From contig JABHBL010000004.1 in the NCBI GenBank assembly GCA_018673925.1, forward strand, positions 38,524 to 102,523: DNA of 64,000 nt, written 5' to 3'. Below, piece after piece: positions 1 through 8,821 of the stretch; positions within the stretch are counted from its first letter, which is position 1, and each line of letters begins with the position of its first letter. The DNA is from Fidelibacterota bacterium. GTDB taxonomy: Bacteria; Fidelibacterota; UBA8477; JABMPR01. The position numbers and the translations under genes are program-made. Under the pieces are notes generated by a model, which was not told the origin of the DNA, ran no database searches, and saw nothing but the letters and a program-made list of their open reading frames with translations.

Positions 1-1356
1 GGGAATCAGGAGCACTGGTATAATAGCTTCCGCTGGAGCTACAATAATGCATTTAGCAATCGACGGAAGTGGAGCTATCTGTCCTATGATAATCCTGACA
101 GTCAGGCAATGGATACACTCCTCTGGCAGGAAGACATTGTGGATACGCGAACCTGGAATCACAATATGAGTCTTTCAGGGGACACTCAGGTGATGAAGGT
201 GTTGAAACTGGTGGGGTCAGTTTCCTATAAAGATGCCTGGGGCTTTAAATACTTCGATCCCATTCTGGATGACAATGGTTTGGCCCTGGTTGATACTGGT
301 TCAGGTGCTATTGAAACCACAGAAATCGAAGGTTTTATTCGTCGTGGAACCTTCAGTACCAGCGCCAGTCTGAATACAAAAGTGTATGGAATCTTTCCAG
401 TAAAAATTGGACCACTACAGGCTATCAGACACACCTTGACCCCCTCGATGTCCCTGAGTTATACACCCGACTTTTCAACCGATTTTTGGGGGTATACAGA
501 ATCTCTGACAGACACAACTGGCGCAGAACAACGCTTCGATCGATTTGCCGGAAGTGATCTGGGAGCCACATCAAGCAATGAAGCCCTACGAATGAGTTGG
601 AGATTGAACAATGTTTTTGACTATAAATTGCTTCAAAATAATGTGGAGAGTAAGTCCCAGTTTTTCACATGGAATATGAGTGGATCATATAATTTTAAAG
701 CTGATTCCTTGAAAGCATCGGATATTTCCAGCAGCATGAAAGTGAATATTGGGAAATCCTTTCGGCTCAGTCCCAGCATGACTTATGAGGTCTATGAAAG
801 AGACTCAACAGGCACACATAAGATAGACAAGTTCCGAGCACCACGAATGACCCGGGCTGGTTTCAGCTTTGGTTTTAAGCTGGAAGGAGCGGCACCCGGG
901 GGTTTGCGTTCAGGTCCTCGTGAGAAAATTTCTGCAGATAGTTTGAGTGCTGACTCTGCACAAGGTTTTGATGAGGATTTTGATATTGGTGAGATCAAAG
1001 TTCCTAGGCCTGGTTCTGGCCGCAGCACCGCCGCCTGGACAGCTAATTTTAGTTTTAGTTATTCATATAGTCATCAGAATCCATTGGATGAAGCCAAACA
1101 AACTTTTAACCTGGGCACCAACTTAAAGTTTAATCTTTCTGATAACTGGGCTGTTAATTACAATCCTAGATTCAACCTCATGGATAAAAAATTGGTAAGT
1201 GGTTCTGTTGGAGTTACCCGGAAACTGCATTGTTGGAAGATGACCCTATCCTGGACACCCATGGGTAGATGGGGAGGTTTAAACCTGACAATCCGCCCCA
1301 ATGCTTCTCAACTTCAAGACTTGAAAGTGGAACATACTGCTCATAGAAAATATTAA
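1..1356 (+). CDS. lptD: Putative LPS-assembly protein LptD-like outer-membrane beta-barrel, C-terminal part (5'-truncated by window)
   Basis: Frame is open from base 1 (GNQEHWYNSFRWSY...). Alternating aromatic beta-strands. Motifs 'AIRHTLTPSMSLSYTPDF' and 'RKLHCWKMTLSWTP...LQDLK' resemble FCB-type LptD C-termini. Confidence 0.7.
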   Translation, partial: GNQEHWYNSFRWSYNNAFSNRRKWSYLSYDNPDSQAMDTLLWQEDIVDTRTWNHNMSLSGDTQVMKVLKLVGSVSYKDAWGFKYFDPILDDNGLALVDTGSGAIETTEIEGFIRRGTFSTSASLNTKVYGIFPVKIGPLQAIRHTLTPSMSLSYTPDFSTDFWGYTESLTDTTGAEQRFDRFAGSDLGATSSNEALRMSWRLNNVFDYKLLQNNVESKSQFFTWNMSGSYNFKADSLKASDISSSMKVNIGKSFRLSPSMTYEVYERDSTGTHKIDKFRAPRMTRAGFSFGFKLEGAAPGGLRSGPREKISADSLSADSAQGFDEDFDIGEIKVPRPGSGRSTAAWTANFSFSYSYSHQNPLDEAKQTFNLGTNLKFNLSDNWAVNYNPRFNLMDKKLVSGSVGVTRKLHCWKMTLSWTPMGRWGGLNLTIRPNASQLQDLKVEHTAHRKY

Positions 1357-1510
1357 AAGCTCTATAGTCCATTCCCGATTACTGCTTTAAACACAAAGAC
1401 ATCAGCACTAAAAAAACCTAAATAGTCTTGTGCAGAATAGGCGTAGACTTTTTTTTATCCGGGATTACTTTTAGTACAAGCATTTTAAAACCATAATTTC
1501 GGAGTGTCTG

Positions 1511-2140
1511 GTGTCCCAAGTCATTGAGTTGAAATCTCATCCACTCGTCTCACACAACTTAGCCATCCTGAGAAGTAAAGACACTGACAGTCAACGGTTT
1601 AGAGAATCAGCTCAAAGACTGAGCAGTATTGTGCTTATGGCTGCCACTGAATCATTAAACACTGTTGAGCAGAGTGTTGAAACACCCATGCAAAAAACCA
1701 CTGAAATGGTTTTCGCTGAAGACATCTGGTTTATCCCTGTTCTAAGAGCAGGCCTGGCTATGGTAGATATCGGTCTCAGTCTTTTACCAGATGCGCATGT
1801 TGGATTTGTGGGTCTCTATAGAGATGAAGAGACTCTGGAGCCCCAGTATTACTACAAAAATTTGCCGGATTATTCAATGTCCGCCCACAGCTGTTTTCTC
1901 ATGGATCCCATGCTGGCAACGGGTGGAAGTGCCTGTGCGGCGATTGATTTGTTAAAATCTCAAGGTGCCACAGACATCCGACTATTGACTCTGATCTGCG
2001 CTCCGGAAGGCATAAAAGAAGTCTTTGCAAAGCATCCAGATGTGGCCATTTTTACTGCTTCTGTAGATGAACGATTAAATGAGGTAGGATACATCGTCCC
2101 CGGTCTTGGGGATGCAGGTGACCGATATTTTGGGACTTGA
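1511..2140 (+). CDS. upp: Uracil phosphoribosyltransferase
   Basis: Motifs HPLV, PVLRAGL, GLYRDEETL, DPMLATGGS and YIVPGLGDAGDRYFGT. GTG start with GGAG RBS. Confidence 0.97.
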   Translation: MSQVIELKSHPLVSHNLAILRSKDTDSQRFRESAQRLSSIVLMAATESLNTVEQSVETPMQKTTEMVFAEDIWFIPVLRAGLAMVDIGLSLLPDAHVGFVGLYRDEETLEPQYYYKNLPDYSMSAHSCFLMDPMLATGGSACAAIDLLKSQGATDIRLLTLICAPEGIKEVFAKHPDVAIFTASVDERLNEVGYIVPGLGDAGDRYFGT

Positions 2141-2156
2141 GCTCTAAGTTCAGCCC

Positions 2157-2202
2157 AAAAACGGCGGAAGGGAGGACAGTCCGGGCGGACTGCCTCCCCT
2201 CC
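2157..2202 (-). terminator. GC-rich hairpin between convergent upp and fliG-like gene; probable terminator of the motor operon
   Basis: GGAAGGGAGGACAGTCC-gggc-GGACTGCCTCCCCTCC stem (2166-2202). On the minus strand a short T-run follows a few nt after the stem. Confidence 0.5.
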
Positions 2203-2245
2203 TATCTCGCTAGTGCAGGACAGCGGAGATATCTTCATCAGCTAG

Positions 2246-3175
2246 CTACTCGATAAAGTCGGCCTCGGCGAACTCCTCGATACTGAAATCATTATCTGGA
2301 TCAGCGTCCATTTGTAGGATGAATTCCACAACCTTCTTTTGTGCTCCCTCTACCTGCTTGCGAGAAACGGGTCCTTCTTTGGGTTCATACATGGCCTGCT
2401 TCTTCTGAGGCAGGTTCTCTATAACCCTGTCGCTTAATTCCTGATCTTGCCCCTTTAGTGCCAGAGCAATATCATCGATATCAAGACTGTTGAATACATC
2501 TCTGAGAATATTCTCCGGGAGCATGGGCACATTTTCAAAAGTGAAGTGATGTTTTTTCACTTCTTTGGCCAGCTCAGGATCTTCCTGGGAGAGATAATCA
2601 AGAAATTGTCGTTGTTCTTTAGCATCCATGGTTCCCAATAAACCTGCCATGGCTTTACCACCACCTTCTGAATATTCAGCTTGAGATGGAATTTGCTTGG
2701 CTTTTTCACGGAACTCTGAAGCAACTTCCAGGACAGCTTCCAGTGGAACGTCCTTAATCTTTCCAAGATCAACCATGGCTTCGGTGCGAATTTCAGTGGG
2801 AAGTCTCATGAGGAGACGACCTTGCATTTCTGTAGGAATTTGGGCCAGGAGTATGGAAATCGAACGAGTTGGTTCTGAGCGAATCAAATAGGCGAGATGA
2901 ACTTCAGTCATACCCTCAAGAAAAGCAAAGGGTTGGGAGGTTGCATCCTTGGCATCAGCTGCAAATTTCTTGGACATAAAGGAGAAATAGAATTCCTCGA
3001 GCACCATCTTCTTAAATTCAAAATGCACGCTTTTTATTTGGGGTACACGCTGGCGGACCGCAATGATTTCCTGATCGGTCAGATTTGGGAACAACTGTCC
3101 CGCAAGACGTGCTCCTAATATATCAAAAAGAATTGCGGCTTTATCAATACCGGCTAGTTTTTTTGTAGTAGCCAT
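2246..3175 (-). CDS. fliG: FliG-like rotor protein (divergent)
   Basis: N-terminal 'GIDKAAIL', GG linker 'EGGGKAMAGLL', MFXF-like 'HFTFE', 'IALALKG', and 'GPVSRKQVEGAQKKVV'. The EHPQ motif is replaced by EPTR. Confidence 0.85.
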   Translation of the reverse strand: MATTKKLAGIDKAAILFDILGARLAGQLFPNLTDQEIIAVRQRVPQIKSVHFEFKKMVLEEFYFSFMSKKFAADAKDATSQPFAFLEGMTEVHLAYLIRSEPTRSISILLAQIPTEMQGRLLMRLPTEIRTEAMVDLGKIKDVPLEAVLEVASEFREKAKQIPSQAEYSEGGGKAMAGLLGTMDAKEQRQFLDYLSQEDPELAKEVKKHHFTFENVPMLPENILRDVFNSLDIDDIALALKGQDQELSDRVIENLPQKKQAMYEPKEGPVSRKQVEGAQKKVVEFILQMDADPDNDFSIEEFAEADFIE

Positions 3176-5061
3176 TATTTTTGCCCCTTCTTTTTCTTTT
3201 TACCATTCGATTTTTCTTCTTCCTCAGTTTCTTCTTCCTCTTCGGCTTCGCCAGTATCCTGTAGCCAGTCCTTCACAATACTGGAGGCTGAACCAGGCTT
3301 ACTTACAGCCAGGGAGACGACTGATTTTTTAATACTATCCACTTCATCCAGTAACTCTGGATCGATTTCCGGTTCAGGAATGAGATCTTCTTCAGGTTCT
3401 GCTTCAACTTCAGGAGTTGGTTCAGGCTCTACTGTTGCCTGGGTCATGTCCTGTGATGGAGGTAATTCTGGAGCCTGACGACGGCCACCCATGAGGGCAC
3501 CGATAATCACGGCTAAACCGACCAGTACAGCAGCACCAATAATGAAAAGCCACAGGAGATCATCTTCATCTTCTGGTAGCATGGTTGCCTGGAGTCTCTG
3601 GTTCTCAAGATCATCCATTTGCTGTTTGAGTTTATCTTCGCGATCTTTGATGGCAGATTTTTCAGCTTCTCTACGTTTTTGCTCAAGCTCAAGCTTCAGA
3701 CGCTGCTCTTCTTCAAGATCCACAGCGGACAGTTGATCTTTGAGATCATCAAGTTGTTCAGAGAGAAGAGCTAACCTTAAGGAGTCCTGACGTAAGCGAT
3801 CCTGAGCTTGTTCCTGCTGGGCTTCAAATAATTGTCGACGTTCTTCTGCTAAACGGCTTTCTTCCTGCTCGCGTAAATCTCTTAACTCATTCTCGCGCTG
3901 TTGAATCCGTTCTTCTTCTTGAAGACGCAGTTGTGCTAGTTCAGCTTCATGTTCTTTCTGTTTATCAGCCTCTTCCTGTCGGATGCGGGCCATTTCAACG
4001 TCACGAGCTTCCTTGTTAGCTTGATCAAGTTTCATCTGCTCTTGTTGAGCTTCTAAATCTTTAATGCGCTTATTCTCAGTTTCTTCTTTCTGACGGGCTT
4101 CAATTGCTGTCATTTTTTCAGCAATGGATTTCAGAAGAAGTTGTTCTGTGTCAGGCTTGTCATTGGTAGCGCCCTGAAAATCAGCTGTCATAACCTGTAA
4201 CTTGTCACCACGCTCTCTGTTGAAATGGGCTGCAACCATGGTTACAGTGCGAATATTTTCAATAATCTGAGGGGAGATGGGGTCTTCCAGGATAACGGTC
4301 AACTCCATTTTGTTTACGCGTAGGCTTGGACCACTAATACTGGCAACCGTATGACGGGACAATTTTGCATTACCACTTTCAGAATAGCTCACCAGATTCT
4401 GGTCTTCGGTGTTTTCTGTGACGCTTTGAATATCCTCTTCCAGGATGACTTCATTTTCTTCAAGTGAAAGACTTGCCTCAGCGGCAACCTCAGTTTGTGT
4501 GGTATCAGGAATCTCAGCTACTTCGTCAAGATCTTCAGCAGCAGCATAAACAACATCTTCATTGGTGTCTTCTTCTACAGGTACTTCTTCTTCGTATAAT
4601 TCAAAACCAGGTGATTGAATTCCAGGGAATCCAGGGATATCGGATGGTACATCAGTTTTAATAGGTCGCTTTTTGAGAATGGTCCGAGTCTTTTTTACAC
4701 TTGGATCATCTGCTTCTGTACTGGATGATTGAGCCATTCCAGGAGTTTTGTTAAGAGATTGTTTGAAAATTTCCTGCTCAGGACTGACTTTTCCTTTTTT
4801 GGATCCAGGTGCTTCATAAACAGTTGTATATTTTTGAGTTGGTGTTGCTTCCATGACAACATTTACGTTCACAATGAAATTCTCATGTCGCAGAATGCGA
4901 TAAACAGCATCACTTACTCTTTGATGAATGGTATTCTCCAGCAGAATCTTTTGGGAGAGCACCTCTTTATTGGTGTCCGGTAGTGCGAACACCTGAGAGA
5001 TCAACATCAGTGAGGTAATGATACCGCCTGTTATGATGTGTTTAAATGCTGGATACTTCAT
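3175..5061 (-). CDS. FliF-like ring protein (RBM3-only, long coiled-coil stalk, single C-terminal TM)
   Basis: Split RBM3-like segments 'LENTIHQRVSDAVYRILRHENFIVNVNV' and 'VNKMELTVIL...AAHFNRERGDKLQV'. TM 'LLWLFIIGAAVLVGLAVIIGALMGG'. FliF-type tail 'KPGSASSIVKDWL'. Stop overlaps the fliG start (TAATG). Confidence 0.7.
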   Translation of the reverse strand: MKYPAFKHIITGGIITSLMLISQVFALPDTNKEVLSQKILLENTIHQRVSDAVYRILRHENFIVNVNVVMEATPTQKYTTVYEAPGSKKGKVSPEQEIFKQSLNKTPGMAQSSSTEADDPSVKKTRTILKKRPIKTDVPSDIPGFPGIQSPGFELYEEEVPVEEDTNEDVVYAAAEDLDEVAEIPDTTQTEVAAEASLSLEENEVILEEDIQSVTENTEDQNLVSYSESGNAKLSRHTVASISGPSLRVNKMELTVILEDPISPQIIENIRTVTMVAAHFNRERGDKLQVMTADFQGATNDKPDTEQLLLKSIAEKMTAIEARQKEETENKRIKDLEAQQEQMKLDQANKEARDVEMARIRQEEADKQKEHEAELAQLRLQEEERIQQRENELRDLREQEESRLAEERRQLFEAQQEQAQDRLRQDSLRLALLSEQLDDLKDQLSAVDLEEEQRLKLELEQKRREAEKSAIKDREDKLKQQMDDLENQRLQATMLPEDEDDLLWLFIIGAAVLVGLAVIIGALMGGRRQAPELPPSQDMTQATVEPEPTPEVEAEPEEDLIPEPEIDPELLDEVDSIKKSVVSLAVSKPGSASSIVKDWLQDTGEAEEEEETEEEEKSNGKKKKKGQK

Positions 5062-5093
5062 ATGCTTCTCCTCGTTTCTAGCGCCGGTCTCTA

Positions 5094-5723
5094 TTAACCG
5101 ACCGTTAGAAAAGTTATATCAACGCGTCTGTTTTTTGCCTGATTTGCTCTAGTATCATTTGGAAATTTTGGTTGAGTATCACCAAAACCTATCGCTCTAA
5201 ATTTCCTTGCATCAACACCTTCAGAAATTAGATAGCGCACCACCGCAGAAGCTCGAGATGCAGAGAGCTCCCAATTGGATTTAAAAATTGCTGAGCGCAT
5301 AGGTATGTTATCGGTATGTCCTTCTACTGCAATCGCATATGTCGCTTTTTTCATAGTAGGTACCATCTTTATCAAGAGAGCTTTTATTTCTCCCGAAACG
5401 TTAGCGGTACCAGAGGGGAAGGCAAAATCACCTGGAATTTTCATTGTGACACCACGGGCATTCTTGGTGACCTCAATCATATCCTCTAGCTTTTCCTCTT
5501 TTAACAGTTTTTTTACTTCATTCTTAACCGTGGTTAAGCTTACTTGGGGTTTTGCGTTTTCATCCGCCATACCATTCAACATATTATTGATTTTAACAGG
5601 GTCCAGAGTGGACATTGAAAACAATAACACAAAAAAGGTCATGAGCAAAGTTGCCATGTCCGCGTAGGTGGTTAGCCAGTCGTTGGAATCAGTGTCGCGA
5701 TTTTTATTTTGAGCATTGATCAT
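5094..5723 (-). CDS. motB: MotB/PomB-family stator subunit with OmpA-like peptidoglycan-binding domain
   Basis: TM 'WLTTYADMATLLMTFFVLLFSMS' with the conserved Asp; EGHTD, NWELSASRA, NRRVDI. ATG at 5723 follows GAGGA; alternative TTG at 5732. Confidence 0.93.
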   Translation of the reverse strand: MINAQNKNRDTDSNDWLTTYADMATLLMTFFVLLFSMSTLDPVKINNMLNGMADENAKPQVSLTTVKNEVKKLLKEEKLEDMIEVTKNARGVTMKIPGDFAFPSGTANVSGEIKALLIKMVPTMKKATYAIAVEGHTDNIPMRSAIFKSNWELSASRASAVVRYLISEGVDARKFRAIGFGDTQPKFPNDTRANQAKNRRVDITFLTVG

Positions 5724-5728
5724 GATTG

Positions 5729-6526
5729 TCAATCCTCACGAACCCAATCGCGTGGTGATAAATATGAGTTGAGAAATTCACGAACCAACATCGGGTGTTT
5801 CTTGATCTTGAGCATGATGATACCATCAATAATCATGTTCTGGGTAATATTTCGCTTCTCAATTTGTGAACGTAACTTGGCCGCAATGGGAATAAAGATC
5901 ATATTTGCAAACAGAGCGCCATAAAAAGTGGTTATTAAGGCAACACCCATTGAGGAACCCAACTGTGCAGCCATTTGATCAGCTTCTGTGTCAGAAGCTC
6001 CCATTCCAAGAAGCATGGCAACAAGACCCACCAGCGTTCCAACCATACCAAAAGCAGGTGAGAGGGATCCCATTGTCTTAAATACGTTGGCCTGGGCATC
6101 TTCTCGAAGTTGACGATTAACTACGCGAGTTTCCATGATATTTCGGATGTCTTCCTCCGAATGTCCATCAACAATCAATTGAACACCATCTTTTAGGAAA
6201 AAATTACGAACACCATCTGTTGCTTTCTCGAGATCTGAGGTACCCTTCCGTGCAACTGCAGCCAACTCAACCAATTCTTTCAAAGTCTCTGAATCTTTAT
6301 GTTTATCACCCTTGAACACTGCACCAAGATTGGTATACAGGGACAATACTTCTTTCACTGGAAAGGCTACGGCAGTAGCAGCAATGGTTCCACCAAGCAC
6401 GATCATTAAAGATTTTAAGTCAACAAAAGACATTGCGCCATGAGGTAAATCCAGGCTTACTTCAATTATGGCATAACCTATTAATCCAAGTCCAAGTAAA
6501 AATCCGATAATGGTTGCAAAATCCAT
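5729..6526 (-). CDS. motA: MotA/PomA-family stator subunit
   Basis: 'MDFATIIG', 'SLMIVLGGT', 'ARKG..LE', 'FLKDGVQLIVDG', 'PAFGMVGTLVGLV', 'ALITTFYGALFANMIFIPIAAKL'. Confidence 0.93.
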   Translation of the reverse strand: MDFATIIGFLLGLGLIGYAIIEVSLDLPHGAMSFVDLKSLMIVLGGTIAATAVAFPVKEVLSLYTNLGAVFKGDKHKDSETLKELVELAAVARKGTSDLEKATDGVRNFFLKDGVQLIVDGHSEEDIRNIMETRVVNRQLREDAQANVFKTMGSLSPAFGMVGTLVGLVAMLLGMGASDTEADQMAAQLGSSMGVALITTFYGALFANMIFIPIAAKLRSQIEKRNITQNMIIDGIIMLKIKKHPMLVREFLNSYLSPRDWVRED

Positions 6527-6544
6527 ATGCTAATCCTTTTCCAG

Positions 6545-7912
6545 TTAATCCCTTGCGGAAACGGCTGAACGCAACCGATTCTCGTTTAGAGCACGCAGGA
6601 TATTACGTACTTCGTCGTATCCGGGGTCGATCTGAAGCGCAATATTCCAATTGATGGTTGCTCTATCGATCTGATTAAGCTTGTAATAGATGGACCCCCG
6701 TCTGGCATAAGCTAATGCCAGGTTTGGATTGTATTCCAAAGCTTCGTTGATCTCAATAAGCGCATCATCGTATTCCTCGTTATAGAAGAGTCGTAATGAG
6801 CGTGAGAGGTGTTTCAAAGCCTGGTTGATCTGAGCATCGGAAACGTGGCGCGCCAATTGGAGGGAGGCCACGGAATCTTCCAAAACCTGATTTCGTTGTT
6901 CAAGATGTTCCACCATACGATTGAGGTGCTCAATCTCAGCACTTGACATTCTGAGCGAATCTCTCAGAACCAGCAGTTGACGCTCCTGAGCCTTGTGCCA
7001 GCTGGAGTCAATCACCGTTCGCATGGGCAAGCCGTCTTCAGTGACAACACCTGAAACCTTAATACCGCCGCGTTGCTTGCTGGCTGCTGATTTGACGCGG
7101 GGAAGGAAATAATCCAGCCCGATTCCTATTCCAGGTGGGTTCTCGCGATCCTCGCCAAGATAGGGTAAATTTTGCATGTTGGAGAAACCGACATTGATGT
7201 GGTATTCATGGGTTAATGGTACTTTAACTCCAGCATTGATACCCACGCCATCCCATTCAATGATGAAATCGAGACCTCCACGATCAGCCATGATATTGGT
7301 GTTCAATAATAGACCTAAAAAGAAACCAATACTGTTGGCCTTGGCAATCTTGATTGTGTCGCCAGGTGTGGTGGTTGTATCCAGATCAAATTTCCCAAAA
7401 TTGGATCCATAACGTCCAGAACCAATACCCAGATAGGTTTTGAGATTATACTCAGAAAAACTGTTCTCGCGGCTTAGTAGCATATAGTAGGAAAGATTAC
7501 GGACCTTTTCCTCAAGACCGGTAGAATCTGATTCCGTGCTGGTAACACTGATATCATTCACTCCAATTCCTACAGCGGTTTCACCATAGGTCAAGAGTCG
7601 GTTTTGAATATGTAATGCAATATCATTTTCATTGGCGTCAGAGCCGGATTGTATGGCAGAAAGACCCAACCTGAAATCACGGGTAATATCTGTTTCCAGG
7701 AAGGCACCCTTGTTCCAATAGTCGGTTTCGAGAGCACCACGGGTAGATTGACCCGCTACACCAATACGCAATAAATAGGATTCATTATATAGACTGGAAG
7801 TTGGAATATGCATCATCGGGCCAGGTCTTGAATAATTCAAGGTCGTCTGACCGTAAACTGACATACTAGATGCAACGATAACTAAAATCAGTATATGTTT
7901 TAATGTTTTCAT
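6545..7912 (-). CDS. Exported protein: predicted beta-barrel (YjbH-like) + coiled coil + C-terminal TPRs
   Basis: Signal peptide; amphipathic beta-strands ('GLDFIIEWDGVGINAGVKVPL', 'GIGIGLDYF'); heptad segment; TPRs 'YDDALIEINEALEYNPNLALAYARRGSIYY'. Confidence 0.6.
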   Translation of the reverse strand: MKTLKHILILVIVASSMSVYGQTTLNYSRPGPMMHIPTSSLYNESYLLRIGVAGQSTRGALETDYWNKGAFLETDITRDFRLGLSAIQSGSDANENDIALHIQNRLLTYGETAVGIGVNDISVTSTESDSTGLEEKVRNLSYYMLLSRENSFSEYNLKTYLGIGSGRYGSNFGKFDLDTTTTPGDTIKIAKANSIGFFLGLLLNTNIMADRGGLDFIIEWDGVGINAGVKVPLTHEYHINVGFSNMQNLPYLGEDRENPPGIGIGLDYFLPRVKSAASKQRGGIKVSGVVTEDGLPMRTVIDSSWHKAQERQLLVLRDSLRMSSAEIEHLNRMVEHLEQRNQVLEDSVASLQLARHVSDAQINQALKHLSRSLRLFYNEEYDDALIEINEALEYNPNLALAYARRGSIYYKLNQIDRATINWNIALQIDPGYDEVRNILRALNENRLRSAVSARD

Positions 7913-7946
7913 ATGATGATCTCCAGGATCAGCCTCTCATCTCGTA

Positions 7947-8819
7947 TCATTCCTGCACAAATCGTCTGGCCAGAGTCAAATATTCACTGCCAGGGTGACG
8001 GGTAACCAGCTCTTGAAATGCAAGCTTGGCTTCCGGAAGACGATCCTTGTTTTTAAAGGCCAACCCAATCATAACCAGGGCGTCGTCCAGCTTGTCAGAA
8101 TTCTCAAAGCGCTGCACCTGTTCAAGGGCGCTAATCGCATCATCATAGAGTCCTTTTTCAAAATAGCAGCGACCTACCCAATACTGAGCATTCGCGCGCA
8201 TGGTCACGTCAACACCGCCTTGAACGATGTTGTTAAAATCTTCAATGGCCTGGTAATAAAGCTCCTGATGGTACTTTGTAAGTCCACTTCTGTAGGCGGC
8301 CTGTTCTTCGCGTTCACTTAATTTTGGACCAGAGTATGTTTGTCTCACAGGTGATGTAGTTACGGCCACATGCTTCCAGGGAGTGTGTAATTCAGCAAAC
8401 ACACTATCTGAGGCCTGGCTTTCACCAGGTACAAAATTTGGGGTTTTCCGGGCATTTTCCTGTTGACCCACCAGGCTGGTAATGCGGGTGCTCAGCAGGG
8501 CGCGATCAGTTTCTCCAGCAGCTTTTATCTGGGCAATCTCAGACTGCAGGCTGTCAATCACATTGGTCTGATATCTCAAGCGAATTTCTGTTTCAGCCAA
8601 TTTGTGCTGATAGCGATTCAATTCTTCTTCAAGTTCCATTTGCTCCCCTAATAATTCAGGGGAATCATTGATCTCTGCATCTACATCGGGACTTACCTGG
8701 GTGCTGTCATCTATTCTCAATCCAATATCATAGAAGAGGCTTCCCTGACCGGTTTGACCATAAACTGTCAATCCCAAAAGGAGTACTATTAGTGTGATAT
8801 ATGTGAGTTGTGACTTCAT
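7947..8819 (-). CDS. Periplasmic coiled-coil + CpoB/YbgF-like TPR protein
   Basis: Signal peptide; heptads; 'NAQYWVGRCYF...KLDDALVMIG...LVTRHPGSEY'. Confidence 0.75.
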   Translation of the reverse strand: MKSQLTYITLIVLLLGLTVYGQTGQGSLFYDIGLRIDDSTQVSPDVDAEINDSPELLGEQMELEEELNRYQHKLAETEIRLRYQTNVIDSLQSEIAQIKAAGETDRALLSTRITSLVGQQENARKTPNFVPGESQASDSVFAELHTPWKHVAVTTSPVRQTYSGPKLSEREEQAAYRSGLTKYHQELYYQAIEDFNNIVQGGVDVTMRANAQYWVGRCYFEKGLYDDAISALEQVQRFENSDKLDDALVMIGLAFKNKDRLPEAKLAFQELVTRHPGSEYLTLARRFVQE

Positions 8820-8821
8820 AG

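Noticed and set aside
2141-2245. Possible tRNA-Sec or other ncRNA (minus strand ends ...CTTCCGCC; two hairpins)
   Set aside because: No T-loop (GTTCRA), anticodon arm or cloverleaf. Better explained as terminator hairpins between convergent genes.
5094-6526. Zorya (ZorAB) anti-phage system or ExbBD/TolQR
   Set aside because: MotA is 265 aa with no long ZorA tail, and no zorC/D/E is present. MotB has an OmpA-like domain, unlike ExbD/TolR. The pair is adjacent to FliF/FliG-like genes.
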